Source: Chryseobacterium sp.
GTDB taxonomy: Bacteria > Bacteroidota > Bacteroidia > Flavobacteriales > Weeksellaceae
Assembly (NCBI RefSeq): GCF_031286615.1
Contig: NZ_JAITUA010000008.1
Strand: one strand, 5' to 3'
Length of the DNA: 64,000 nt
Under the pieces are notes generated by a model, which saw nothing but the letters and a program-made list of their open reading frames with translations, was not told the DNA's origin and made no database searches. Below are positions 7,418-15,407 of this stretch, piece by piece (positions within the stretch are counted from its first letter, which is position 1; the number at the start of each line of letters is the position of its first letter). The position numbers and the translations under genes were made by a program.

Positions 7418-7492
7418 GAGAAAGGTTTGTCAAGCGCAGAAGATCTTTACAAATACTAGCAGGCATAATTTATAAACAGACAGAGCTTTCTC
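7418..7492 (+). repeat. tRNA-array hairpin element, copy 5
   Basis: Lower stem gagaaaGGTTTGTC / GACAGAGCtttctc. Apical sequence AAGCGCAGAAGATCTTTAcaaatac, with a longer loop than the other copies. Confidence 0.8.
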
Positions 7493-7588
7493 AAACCTAG
7501 ACATCATCTGAGTAATAAGCAATGAATGATGAGTAATTAAACAGCATAAATTACTTATTACAAATTGCTCATTATTGAGAAAAACGCT

Positions 7589-7664
7589 GCGGGAATGGTG
7601 GAATGGCAGACACTCTTGATTTAGGATCAAGCTTTTGGGGGTTCGAGTCCCCCTTCCCGTACCA
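7589..7664 (+). tRNA. tRNA-Leu(TAG) with a short (5-nt) variable region and encoded CCA
   Basis: Acceptor GCGGGAA/TTCCCGT plus A73, followed by CCA at 7662-7664. Leu-like D arm GGTGGAATGGCAGAC. Anticodon arm CTTGA-TTTAGGA-TCAAG. Variable region is only CTTTT. T arm GGGGG-TTCGAGT-CCCCC. Confidence 0.7.
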
Positions 7665-7751
7665 AAATATTAGTAATAAATAATGAGCAATGAGTAATGA
7701 TGCTAACAGTAGATATTTCTCATTACCAATTACTTATTGCTTATAAAATCT

Positions 7752-7824
7752 GGAAGAGTGGTGTAGAAGGTCTGCACGTTAGTCTGAAAAACTAAAGGTA
7801 CAGGTTCAATTCCTGTCTGTTCCA
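7752..7824 (+). tRNA. tRNA-Phe(GAA)
   Basis: Acceptor GGAAGAG/CTGTTCC (one G-G mismatch) plus A73. D stem GTGT/GCAC with a 9-nt loop. Anticodon arm TTAGT-CTGAAAA-ACTAA. T arm ACAGG-TTCAATT-CCTGT. Confidence 0.75.
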
Positions 7825-7884
7825 CAAAATATGAATGATAAATGATTGCTGGGCATTTCATCATTTATCAATTATAATTAAAAC

Positions 7885-7956
7885 TGATTCATAGTGTAAT
7901 AGGCAGCACACAAGATTTTGATTCTTGGAGTTTAGGTTCGGGTCCTAATGAATTAA
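7885..7956 (+). tRNA. tRNA-Gln(TTG)
   Basis: TGATTCA|TA|GTGT-AATAGGCA-GCAC|A|CAAGA-TTTTGAT-TCTTG|GAGT|TTAGG-TTCGGGT-CCTAA|TGAATTA|A. The U1:A72 pair is typical of bacterial tRNA-Gln. Confidence 0.82.
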
Positions 7957-7962
7957 CAATTT

Positions 7963-8033
7963 ACTCTGATAGTGTAATGGAAGCATCTCAGTCTCCAAAA
8001 CTGATGGTACTGGTTCGAGTCCGGTTCAGAGTG
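7963..8033 (+). tRNA. tRNA-Trp(CCA)
   Basis: ACTCTGA|TA|GTGT-AATGGAA-GCAT|C|TCAGT-CTCCAAA-ACTGA|TGGT|ACTGG-TTCGAGT-CCGGT|TCAGAGT|G. A1:U72 with G73 is typical of bacterial tRNA-Trp. Confidence 0.88.
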
Positions 8034-8117
8034 CAAAAGATGAAACCAGTGATGGGTTATCATTTATCATTTATCAATTATCAACAATCATTTATCAATT
8101 TAAAATATGTAGAAAAA

Positions 8118-8603
8118 ATGGAAACGCAACAACAAACATGGCAGAATATGAATGGAAAATTTTTCCAAAACTCTATCACACAGCTGGTAGAAGAAGCCAT
8201 TATCCGCGAACAGGCAAACGGACACCGTCTGAAAGTATGTGTGGGATCAGACTCTCATGTATATGGAGATGCCATCAATTATGCTACGGCAGTAGTATTT
8301 ATTCGTGAGGGAAAAGGAGCGTTTACCTTTATTAGAAAAGAAAGAGAAATACAGAGTATCAGTATCAAAGAGCGAATGCTGAATGAGGTTAACAAATCCG
8401 TAGAAATTGCATACGCTATCTGCTCTGTGTTGGATACTTATGGTGTAGAAATGGAGGTACACGCAGACATTAATACCGACCCCGATTTTAAATCCAATGT
8501 CGCACTTAAAGATGCAATGGGATACATTCTGGGAATGGGATATGTGTTTAAAGCAAAACCTTTTGCCTTCGCAAGTTCCAATTGTGCTGATATGATGGTT
8601 TAA
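8118..8603 (+). CDS. YkuK/DUF458-type RNase H-like fold protein
   Basis: Start trimmed to the ATG at 8118, because the track ORF start at 7977 overlaps tRNA-Trp. 'KVCVGSDSH..YATAVVFIREGKGAF..KERMLNEV..EVHADIN..KP.AFASS.AD' matches my recollection of the YkuK family. Confidence 0.6.
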   Translation: METQQQTWQNMNGKFFQNSITQLVEEAIIREQANGHRLKVCVGSDSHVYGDAINYATAVVFIREGKGAFTFIRKEREIQSISIKERMLNEVNKSVEIAYAICSVLDTYGVEMEVHADINTDPDFKSNVALKDAMGYILGMGYVFKAKPFAFASSNCADMMV

Positions 8604-8619
8604 TCTTTTAATCAAAAAA

Positions 8620-9432
8620 ATGAAAACAGTTTTAATTATTAATGGAGAAAAATATTGGAAGGATTATTTTGCAGGATTTGATGTAGTTCAGAAGAAAGTT
8701 CAGACATCAGAGTTTATGATAAAAGATTCTTCATTGTATGTAGTTGATGCAGATGGAGTCTGCAAGCCGGATATTATTTTCTGGCGGCTGGGAGCAATTA
8801 ATCCCGACCCCAAATATAGAAATATCCTAGAGTTGATTGACTATTCAGGAGTAGTTTGTATTAATTCTGCTTCCACATTATTAATGGGATATGAAAGGCT
8901 TACGATGCTGAATATCCTTAAAAAACTAGGGTTACCGGTTATCAACTTTAATGTAGCGACAAATACTCAGTATTTGAAAAATATGGAAATGAAATTTCCT
9001 TTTGTAGTTAAAGTTGGAAATCACCATGGTGGATACGGTAAAAGTCTGGTTTCAACAGAAGAGCAATGGGAAGAACTGAAAGACTTATTGTTTATTCATA
9101 GGAATTACGTGACTATCGAAAAGTTTATTGATTATAAATATGATATTCGCTATCTGGCTATAAATGATAAAGTTTGGGCAATGAAAAGAAGAGGGAAATA
9201 TTGGAAAGCCAATTCTTTAACTCAAGAATACCAAATTATAAATCCGGAAGATGAATGGATTGAAAAAGTAAAACTTTTACAGCAATATATCAAGGCTGAT
9301 ATTGTAGCCATTGATGTTTTGGAAACAGAAAATGGAGAAAAAATAATTTTAGAATACAATGATATTCCTGGTCTTTCAGGGTTTCCTGAAGATGTAAGGC
9401 TGGAATTATCAATGACAGTGAAAAGTAAATAA
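8620..9432 (+). CDS. ATP-grasp enzyme (RimK-like)
   Basis: 'FPFVVKVGNHHGGYGKS', 'RYLAINDKVWAMKRRG..WKANS' and 'VAIDVLETENGEKIILEYNDIPGLSG' are ATP-grasp core motifs. Confidence 0.72.
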   Translation: MKTVLIINGEKYWKDYFAGFDVVQKKVQTSEFMIKDSSLYVVDADGVCKPDIIFWRLGAINPDPKYRNILELIDYSGVVCINSASTLLMGYERLTMLNILKKLGLPVINFNVATNTQYLKNMEMKFPFVVKVGNHHGGYGKSLVSTEEQWEELKDLLFIHRNYVTIEKFIDYKYDIRYLAINDKVWAMKRRGKYWKANSLTQEYQIINPEDEWIEKVKLLQQYIKADIVAIDVLETENGEKIILEYNDIPGLSGFPEDVRLELSMTVKSK

Positions 9433-9454
9433 AAGAACCTTAAAATCAAAGAAT

Positions 9455-10231
9455 ATGTATTTTTTAGTTCAGGCTAATGTGTATTTAGATCCGGATCACT
9501 ATAAAATTTTTGATGCGCTGGAAGAATTGAATATCGATTACGATGTAATTAATATTCCTCCAGCAGCTGAGAAAATAGATTTTAATATAGACAGAAAAGA
9601 TGTTTTTGTCTATGGATCAGTAACCATTGCAAGATTGGCAAAACAAAATACAGAATGGTTTCCTGGTTCTTTTTACGGAGGCAATCATCTCTATGAAGTA
9701 TATTCTAAATATTATGGTGAAAACCTTCTTAATTATAATGTTTCTGTTCATAAAATCTCTGAGCAGCTGACTTGGGAAAAAGGTGAACTTAAATTCATTA
9801 AACCCTACAGTGAAGCAAAGATTTTTACAGGAAAAGCTTTTACAGAAATAGAATGGAAAGATTTTGTGTTTGAGGCACTGGAAAATCAAACCAATAGAAT
9901 TACGAAAGATTCTTTGGTACAGGTTTCCAAGGCAAAACGAACGATGAAAGAAGCAAGACTTTGGATTGTGGGGGGACAGATCATCGATGGAGGTTATTAT
10001 AAATTCAATGATGATGCTCCTTTTGAAGAAAAAGTTTCACAGGAAGGATTGGATTTTGCCAATAAAATGATTCAGCTTTTTAATCTTGAAGAAGCTTTTG
10101 TAATGGATATTTGTTTAACAGATGAAGGTTGGAAAATAGTTGAAATAAATTGTATCAACAGTTCTGGATTTTATCCAAACACCAATGTAAAAAGTGTTAT
10201 AAAAGCATTGAGCATTTATTTTTCAAATTAA
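9455..10231 (+). CDS. divergent ATP-grasp protein (DUF4343/R2K-like)
   Basis: 'FIKPYSEAKIFTGKAF', 'ARLWIVGGQIIDGGYY' and 'AFVMDICLTDEGWKIVEINCINSSGFY' give an ATP-grasp C-terminal signature. Confidence 0.55.
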   Translation: MYFLVQANVYLDPDHYKIFDALEELNIDYDVINIPPAAEKIDFNIDRKDVFVYGSVTIARLAKQNTEWFPGSFYGGNHLYEVYSKYYGENLLNYNVSVHKISEQLTWEKGELKFIKPYSEAKIFTGKAFTEIEWKDFVFEALENQTNRITKDSLVQVSKAKRTMKEARLWIVGGQIIDGGYYKFNDDAPFEEKVSQEGLDFANKMIQLFNLEEAFVMDICLTDEGWKIVEINCINSSGFYPNTNVKSVIKALSIYFSN

Positions 10232-10243
10232 ATTAACAGAACA

Positions 10244-10615
10244 ATGGAAAAAACAAAAAGATTATTATTTCTGGATGATATAAGATATCCTGTTGAGGCG
10301 TATCACTATACCAAACAGGAGATTTTCCTCAGAAATGACTGGCATATTGTGCGGAATTACGAGCAGTTTGTCAACAGGATTTTGGAAAAAGGACTTCCGG
10401 AAATGATTTCTTTTGACCATGACCTTGCCGATGAGCATTATCTGAAGCCGGATTCTCAGGAATTTGTTGAGAAAACAGGATACGACTGCGCCAAATGGCT
10501 GGTAGAATATTGTATGGACAATTATCTGGATCTTCCAAAATTCTATAGTCACTCCATGAATCCGGTAGGAAAGGAAAATATTCTTTCCCTTTTAAAAAAC
10601 TTTAAAAAACTGTAA
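10244..10615 (+). CDS. cyclic-phosphate-processing receiver (cREC) domain protein
   Basis: 123 aa. 'LFLDDIRYP', 'WHIVRNYEQF', 'ISFDHDL', 'TGYDCAKWLV' and 'HSMNPVGKENI' are the family hallmarks as I recall them. Confidence 0.65.
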   Translation: MEKTKRLLFLDDIRYPVEAYHYTKQEIFLRNDWHIVRNYEQFVNRILEKGLPEMISFDHDLADEHYLKPDSQEFVEKTGYDCAKWLVEYCMDNYLDLPKFYSHSMNPVGKENILSLLKNFKKL

Positions 10616-11178
10616 TGGATATTTTTAGATATATTCAGGATATAAAAACACATCTGAAACTCACATTTGATGAGGTAGACGGATGGTTTGAAAAAGATAA
10701 AGAAACGTTGAATCATCAGCCTTCAAACGGAGGCTGGACGGTTCAGCAGATTTTAGAACACATTTATCTTACAAATTTTTACTTGCTGATCCTTATTGAA
10801 AAAGGCGCCAAAAAAGCAATGAAGAATTCTTTGAATCTTGACCTTGAATCTGAAATAAAAAACTACAGTTTTAATAAGAAAAACTTTGACAGGGTAGGTG
10901 AACATGGTGCTTTTGAATGGATAAGACCAGAACATATGGAACCGAAAGGAGAATTAGGTCCGGATAAAATCAGAAGTTTAATGAGCCAGCAGTATCTACT
11001 GTGTTTACATTATCTGGAAGTGATGAAAAATGGTGAAGGACTCTTGTATAAGACGACAATGACAGTGAATGAGCTGGGGAAAATCAATGTATACGAATAT
11101 ATTTATTTTCTGTCACTTCATGCTCAGAGACATGTTACCCAGATGAAGAAAAACGAATCAGAAACGATTAAAAACTAA
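10615..11178 (+). CDS. DinB-family four-helix-bundle metalloprotein
   Basis: 'GGWTVQQILEHIYLTNFY' and the C-terminal 'LHAQRHVTQM' His-containing helices. The start overlaps the previous stop (TAATG). Confidence 0.65.
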   Translation: MDIFRYIQDIKTHLKLTFDEVDGWFEKDKETLNHQPSNGGWTVQQILEHIYLTNFYLLILIEKGAKKAMKNSLNLDLESEIKNYSFNKKNFDRVGEHGAFEWIRPEHMEPKGELGPDKIRSLMSQQYLLCLHYLEVMKNGEGLLYKTTMTVNELGKINVYEYIYFLSLHAQRHVTQMKKNESETIKN

Positions 11179-11184
11179 GACAAA

Positions 11185-12201
11185 ATGATTTTTAAAACAT
11201 ATAACTCTATAGAAAATGCTTATCAGACCCGCGTGATCGAACAGATCAGGATGCAGGGTTTTGGGGATGAGGTTTTCATAGTACAGGAAAAAGTTCACGG
11301 AGCTAATTTCTCTTTCTTTACCGACGGAAAGGAAATTAAAATCGCGAAGAGAACTGCTTTCATCGAAAAAGATGAAAAATTTTTCAATGCACATCAGATC
11401 TTGGAACGCTACAGAAAAAATGTATTAGAAGTGTTTCAGAAAGTGAAAACCATCCATCCGGATGTAGAAACTGTAGTGATCTACGGCGAATTGTTCGGTG
11501 GCGGTTACAAACATAAAGAAGTAGAACCTGTAAAAGATGCAGTGAAGGTACAGAAAGGCATTGAGTATGCCCCTCACAACGAATTTTACGCTTTCGATAT
11601 CAAATTGAATGGGATTACCTATTTGGATACAGAAGTTGTCAATCAGATTTTTGAGGAGACAGGATTTTTCTATGCTAAAATCTTGTTCCAGGGAACTCTA
11701 GAAGATGCTTTGAAATTCCCCAATGTTTTCAATTCAAAAATTCCGGCCTGGCTGGGATTGCCTGAAATGGAGAACAATATGTGTGAAGGTACCATCGTAA
11801 AAACTTTGAAAACCAAATATTTTGGAAACGGTGCAAGAATTATTCTTAAAAATAAGAATGAAAAATGGGTCGAAAAATCCAAAATGGTTAAAAAAGAGGC
11901 TAAAATTGTTCAGAAACAGGTTCATTTCAGTGAAAAAGCTCAGGAAATCTGGGAGGAAATCCAAAAATATGCTACTGTCAACAGGCTGAATAATGTTATC
12001 AGCAAAATTGGTGAATTCGAACCTAAAATGATAGGCAGGGTGATTGGCCTTTTTGCTCAGGATATTTTAGAAGACTTCGAGAAAGACTTCCCGGCAGCTT
12101 TTACAGCAATTGAAAAAGAAGAGCAGAAAAGGATCAACAAAAAGTTGAATTCTTTAGTAATTGATTTTATAAAAGAAGAGTTGATGACTCTTAAAGTATA
12201 G
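11185..12201 (+). CDS. RNA ligase, Rnl2 (T4 RnlB-like) family
   Basis: 338 aa, similar in size to T4 Rnl2. Motif I 'EKVHGANFSF' (Lys36), 'IYGELFGG', motif IV-like 'CEGTIVK', motif V 'IILKNKNEKW'. Confidence 0.8.
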   Translation: MIFKTYNSIENAYQTRVIEQIRMQGFGDEVFIVQEKVHGANFSFFTDGKEIKIAKRTAFIEKDEKFFNAHQILERYRKNVLEVFQKVKTIHPDVETVVIYGELFGGGYKHKEVEPVKDAVKVQKGIEYAPHNEFYAFDIKLNGITYLDTEVVNQIFEETGFFYAKILFQGTLEDALKFPNVFNSKIPAWLGLPEMENNMCEGTIVKTLKTKYFGNGARIILKNKNEKWVEKSKMVKKEAKIVQKQVHFSEKAQEIWEEIQKYATVNRLNNVISKIGEFEPKMIGRVIGLFAQDILEDFEKDFPAAFTAIEKEEQKRINKKLNSLVIDFIKEELMTLKV

Positions 12202-12229
12202 TTTCGGTATTTTTTACCGAAACTTTTTT
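12201..12229 (+). terminator. intrinsic terminator after the RNA ligase gene
   Basis: Hairpin GTTTCGGTA-ttttt-TACCGAAAC followed by T6. Confidence 0.7.
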
Positions 12230-12366
12230 GTATATAAACCTAACCATAAATGCTGCGTGAGTTTAAGGACCTGATTTTCATTATGCAGTAAGTTTGTCAT
12301 TCCGTAGGAATCTCAACCGTTAAAAGTGAAAATAGGCTTTCTTTTATGGTTTAAAAAAGAAAAAAT

Positions 12367-13311
12367 ATGTTACAGGCAGAAATAAAAAGTCTTTTAAAAG
12401 AAGACATTAGTATATTAATTAAAATTCCTAATTCAGGAAAGCACTATTTGTGTGATTGTGGAGAAGGAAGTTTATTAACTGTGAAAGAAGTACAGTCTAT
12501 ATCAGCTATATTCATAAGCCATACCCATATTGATCACTTTTCAAATTTCGATGGGATTTTCAGACATCAGATCGGAAGCGGAGAAAAAGTGATGATTTGT
12601 GGACCAAAAAATATTCATCAACAGGTTGAAGCAAGGTTAAAATCTTACACATGGAATCTGATTGATGAAAAAGCAATTGAATATGAAATTCGTGAAATTG
12701 TTTCACAAAATGAAATTAATATTTATACCCTTCGTCCGCCACATTGGAATCTGGAGTTGGTAAAGACTCAGAACTTCCTGTTTGAAGACGAATATGTCAA
12801 CGTTGATTTTGCTATTCTGGATCATAAAACAGATTCTATCGCTTATTTATTTAAAGAAAAAGATTCCGTCACCTTTAATGAAAATGCTTCCGGTTTTAAA
12901 AAAGGAAAGTGGATCAGCGAGCTGAAAACCGCTTTTGAAAATAATGATGGTGATAAAGAAATCAAAATTGAAGAAACTGTTTACAAAGCAGCTGATCTGT
13001 TTCACCTATTGACCCGTAATGCGGGCTATAAACTTGGCGTAATCATGGATCATGCGGCAGATGAAAACAATTACGAAAAAATCAGAACCGTATTTGAAGG
13101 TGCAGATATCGTGTATATCGAAAGCTTTTATAAAGATACAGATCAGGAATTTGCAAAGATCAATTACCACAGTTTTGCTTCTGCATCAGGAAAAATTATG
13201 AATGAATGTCAGGTGAAAGAAGCCATTCCAATTCACTTTTCAAGAAGATATACGGAAAGCGATCAGGAAGAAATTGAAACTGCTTTTTATAAAGCGTTTC
13301 GTAAGAATTAA
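12367..13311 (+). CDS. MBL-fold metallo-hydrolase (RNase Z/BN-like)
   Basis: 'FISHTHIDHFSNFDG' (HxHxDH) together with later D/H motifs. Confidence 0.7.
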   Translation: MLQAEIKSLLKEDISILIKIPNSGKHYLCDCGEGSLLTVKEVQSISAIFISHTHIDHFSNFDGIFRHQIGSGEKVMICGPKNIHQQVEARLKSYTWNLIDEKAIEYEIREIVSQNEINIYTLRPPHWNLELVKTQNFLFEDEYVNVDFAILDHKTDSIAYLFKEKDSVTFNENASGFKKGKWISELKTAFENNDGDKEIKIEETVYKAADLFHLLTRNAGYKLGVIMDHAADENNYEKIRTVFEGADIVYIESFYKDTDQEFAKINYHSFASASGKIMNECQVKEAIPIHFSRRYTESDQEEIETAFYKAFRKN

Positions 13312-13367
13312 TTAAAAATATTTATTAAACAAAACTATAGCATTCACAGAATAGTAATGTATGTACT

Positions 13368-13442
13368 TGTCATTCTGACAAAGGAAGAATCTCTTTAAGG
13401 AGAAAGATTCTTCATTCCACTTTGTTTCTTTCAGAATGACAG
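13368..13442. repeat. GTCATTCTGA/GAAGAATCTC palindromic intergenic element
   Basis: Nested dyad ttGTCATTCTGAcaaaGGAAGAATCTct...agAGATTCTTC...TCAGAATGACag. Related partial copies are at about 12290-12325 and 41875-41955. Confidence 0.6.
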
Positions 13443-13476
13443 AGAGAATGTTGTAGTTAAAAAACAATTTAAAAAA

Positions 13477-14040
13477 ATGAAACCCAATATATTTTTTACT
13501 GCTGATCATCATTTTGGTCACGAGAATATTATAAAATTTTCAGAAAGACCTTTTGAATCTCTGGACCATATGAATGAAGAACTCATTAAAAGATGGAATG
13601 AGAAAATTCAACCCGGTGACACGGTCTACCATTTAGGAGATATGAGTCTGGGAAAACCGGATTTTACAAAAGAGATTTTAGACAGATTAAATGGTAATAT
13701 CCATTTGATAAAGGGCAACCACGAAGGCGCAGCTTTAGCTTATCCCAAGCGCTTTGCTTCCATCAGAGATTATCACGAACTGAAAATTGATGAAGCAGAT
13801 AACAGCAACAGAAAACAGAAAATCATTCTTTTCCACTACGCCATGCGTACCTGGAATGGCTCACACCGAGGGGTCTGGCAGTTATACGGACATTCACATG
13901 GAACATTACCGGATGATGAAATGGCACTGAGTTTTGACGTAGGAGTAGACTGCCACAATTTTTATCCGGTTTCCTACGAGGAAGTCAAAGAAATTATGAA
14001 AAGGAAAAAATGGACACCACCATTTGGTCCAAGAAATTAA
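13477..14040 (+). CDS. calcineurin-like metallophosphoesterase
   Basis: 'FFTADHHFGH', 'YHLGDMSLG', 'IKGNHE' and 'GHSHG' are the canonical MPE motifs. Confidence 0.8.
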   Translation: MKPNIFFTADHHFGHENIIKFSERPFESLDHMNEELIKRWNEKIQPGDTVYHLGDMSLGKPDFTKEILDRLNGNIHLIKGNHEGAALAYPKRFASIRDYHELKIDEADNSNRKQKIILFHYAMRTWNGSHRGVWQLYGHSHGTLPDDEMALSFDVGVDCHNFYPVSYEEVKEIMKRKKWTPPFGPRN

Positions 14041-14155
14041 TGATGAGTAATAAGTAATGATTTGATGGAAGGAAAAATGGGAACGATATTTCAATGAGTA
14101 TTCAACAGCTTTCATCATACATTTTACTTTTTTACATCGTACATTTTATAATAAC

Positions 14156-14698
14156 ATGAAAACAACCAATGAGATCATAATTATCGATCTGGAAGCTACA
14201 TGTTGGGAAAACGACAGAATTCCCATCGGGCAGAAAGTCGATATTATAGAAATAGGGATTTGTAAATTAAACTTAACATCAAAAGCAATTTCCCAAAAAC
14301 AAAGCATTTATGTAATTCCTGAAAGATCAGAAATCAACAGATTTTGTACACAACTAACCGGAATTAGTCCTCAACTGATAGAAGAAAAAGGAATCTATTT
14401 TGAAGAAGCCTGTGAAATGATCAGAGATCAATACCGTTCTGCACCGCTTACATGGGCAGGATACGGAAACTTTGATGGAGAGCAGATCATAGAACAGTAC
14501 GACTGGCTTGGTATAAAAAATCCTTTTTCGGAAAACTATATGAATGTGATGCATGAATTCAAAAGACATTTCAGACTGCATAAACAAATAGGGCTTAAAA
14601 GAGCCTTGAGTTATCTGAAGATGGATTTTGAAGGCACTCATCACAGTGGAGCAGACGATGCTTACAATACAGCCAGAATTTTAAGTAAGATTCTGTAA
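14156..14698 (+). CDS. DEDDh 3'-5' exonuclease (ERI-1/KapD-like), copy 1
   Basis: 'IIIDLEATCWE' (Exo I) and 'HSGADDAYNTARIL' (Exo III, H-x4-D). Confidence 0.8.
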   Translation: MKTTNEIIIIDLEATCWENDRIPIGQKVDIIEIGICKLNLTSKAISQKQSIYVIPERSEINRFCTQLTGISPQLIEEKGIYFEEACEMIRDQYRSAPLTWAGYGNFDGEQIIEQYDWLGIKNPFSENYMNVMHEFKRHFRLHKQIGLKRALSYLKMDFEGTHHSGADDAYNTARILSKIL

Positions 14699-14809
14699 AA
14701 TAATTAGGCTGGAAGACTGAAGCTGGAGGCTGGAAGTAAATCAGACGCTGTAAAAACTTCCATCTTCCTGCATCCATCTTCTATCCTTTAACAATTAAAT
14801 TTTAAACAA

Positions 14810-15364
14810 GTGAAAACAACAGAAAATATATTAATCGTAGATCTTGAGGCCACGTGTTGGGAAAACCGACCGCCAAGAGGCCAGGAAAGCGAGATCATCG
14901 AGATCGGTGTATGCATCATGAATGCAAAAACCGGTAAGATCTCCAAAAATGAGGGGATTTTAATAAAACCCCAATATTCAAAAGTAAGTCCGTTTTGTAC
15001 AGAGCTTACTACCCTTACCCAAAATATGCTGGATAATGAAGGAATCATGCTGGATGATGCATTCGATATCCTGAGAGCAGAATATGATTCAGAAGAACTG
15101 ACGTGGGCCAGCTACGGAAACTACGATCTGAATATGCTTCAGAATCAGGCAAGAAGATTCTACACAGATTATCCTATGAGTGATGACCATATTAATGTGA
15201 AAACATTATTTGGAGAAACTCATCCTACCATCAGGAAAAGTGTCGGGATGAACAGAGCTTTGGGTGAATTGGGACTTACACTGGAAGGTACACACCACAG
15301 AGGAGTAGATGATGCCAAAAACATTGCAAAGATTCTACATTGGTGCCTGAAAAAGTCCTTATAA
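14810..15364 (+). CDS. DEDDh 3'-5' exonuclease, copy 2 (tandem paralog)
   Basis: 'LIVDLEATCWE' and 'HRGVDDAKNIAKIL'. Collinear with 14156-14698. GTG start. Confidence 0.8.
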   Translation: MKTTENILIVDLEATCWENRPPRGQESEIIEIGVCIMNAKTGKISKNEGILIKPQYSKVSPFCTELTTLTQNMLDNEGIMLDDAFDILRAEYDSEELTWASYGNYDLNMLQNQARRFYTDYPMSDDHINVKTLFGETHPTIRKSVGMNRALGELGLTLEGTHHRGVDDAKNIAKILHWCLKKSL

Positions 15365-15407
15365 AACCATTAAAATTTATATATTTAGATATCTTGAATA
15401 TTAATAA

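Noticed and set aside
6510-7492. Whether the five repeated hairpins form a CRISPR array.
   Set aside because: The units are about 70 nt with internal dyads and irregular spacing. The 'spacers' are tRNA genes, and there are no cas genes in the window.
7430-7630. Track ORF 7430-7630(-).
   Set aside because: It overlaps hairpin element copy 5, an AATGAGTAATGA-type hairpin and tRNA-Leu. There is no coding signal.
7977-8117. N-terminal extension of the YkuK-like ORF.
   Set aside because: The first 47 codons overlap tRNA-Trp and an ATCATTTATCA repeat tract. The ATG at 8118 is the plausible start.
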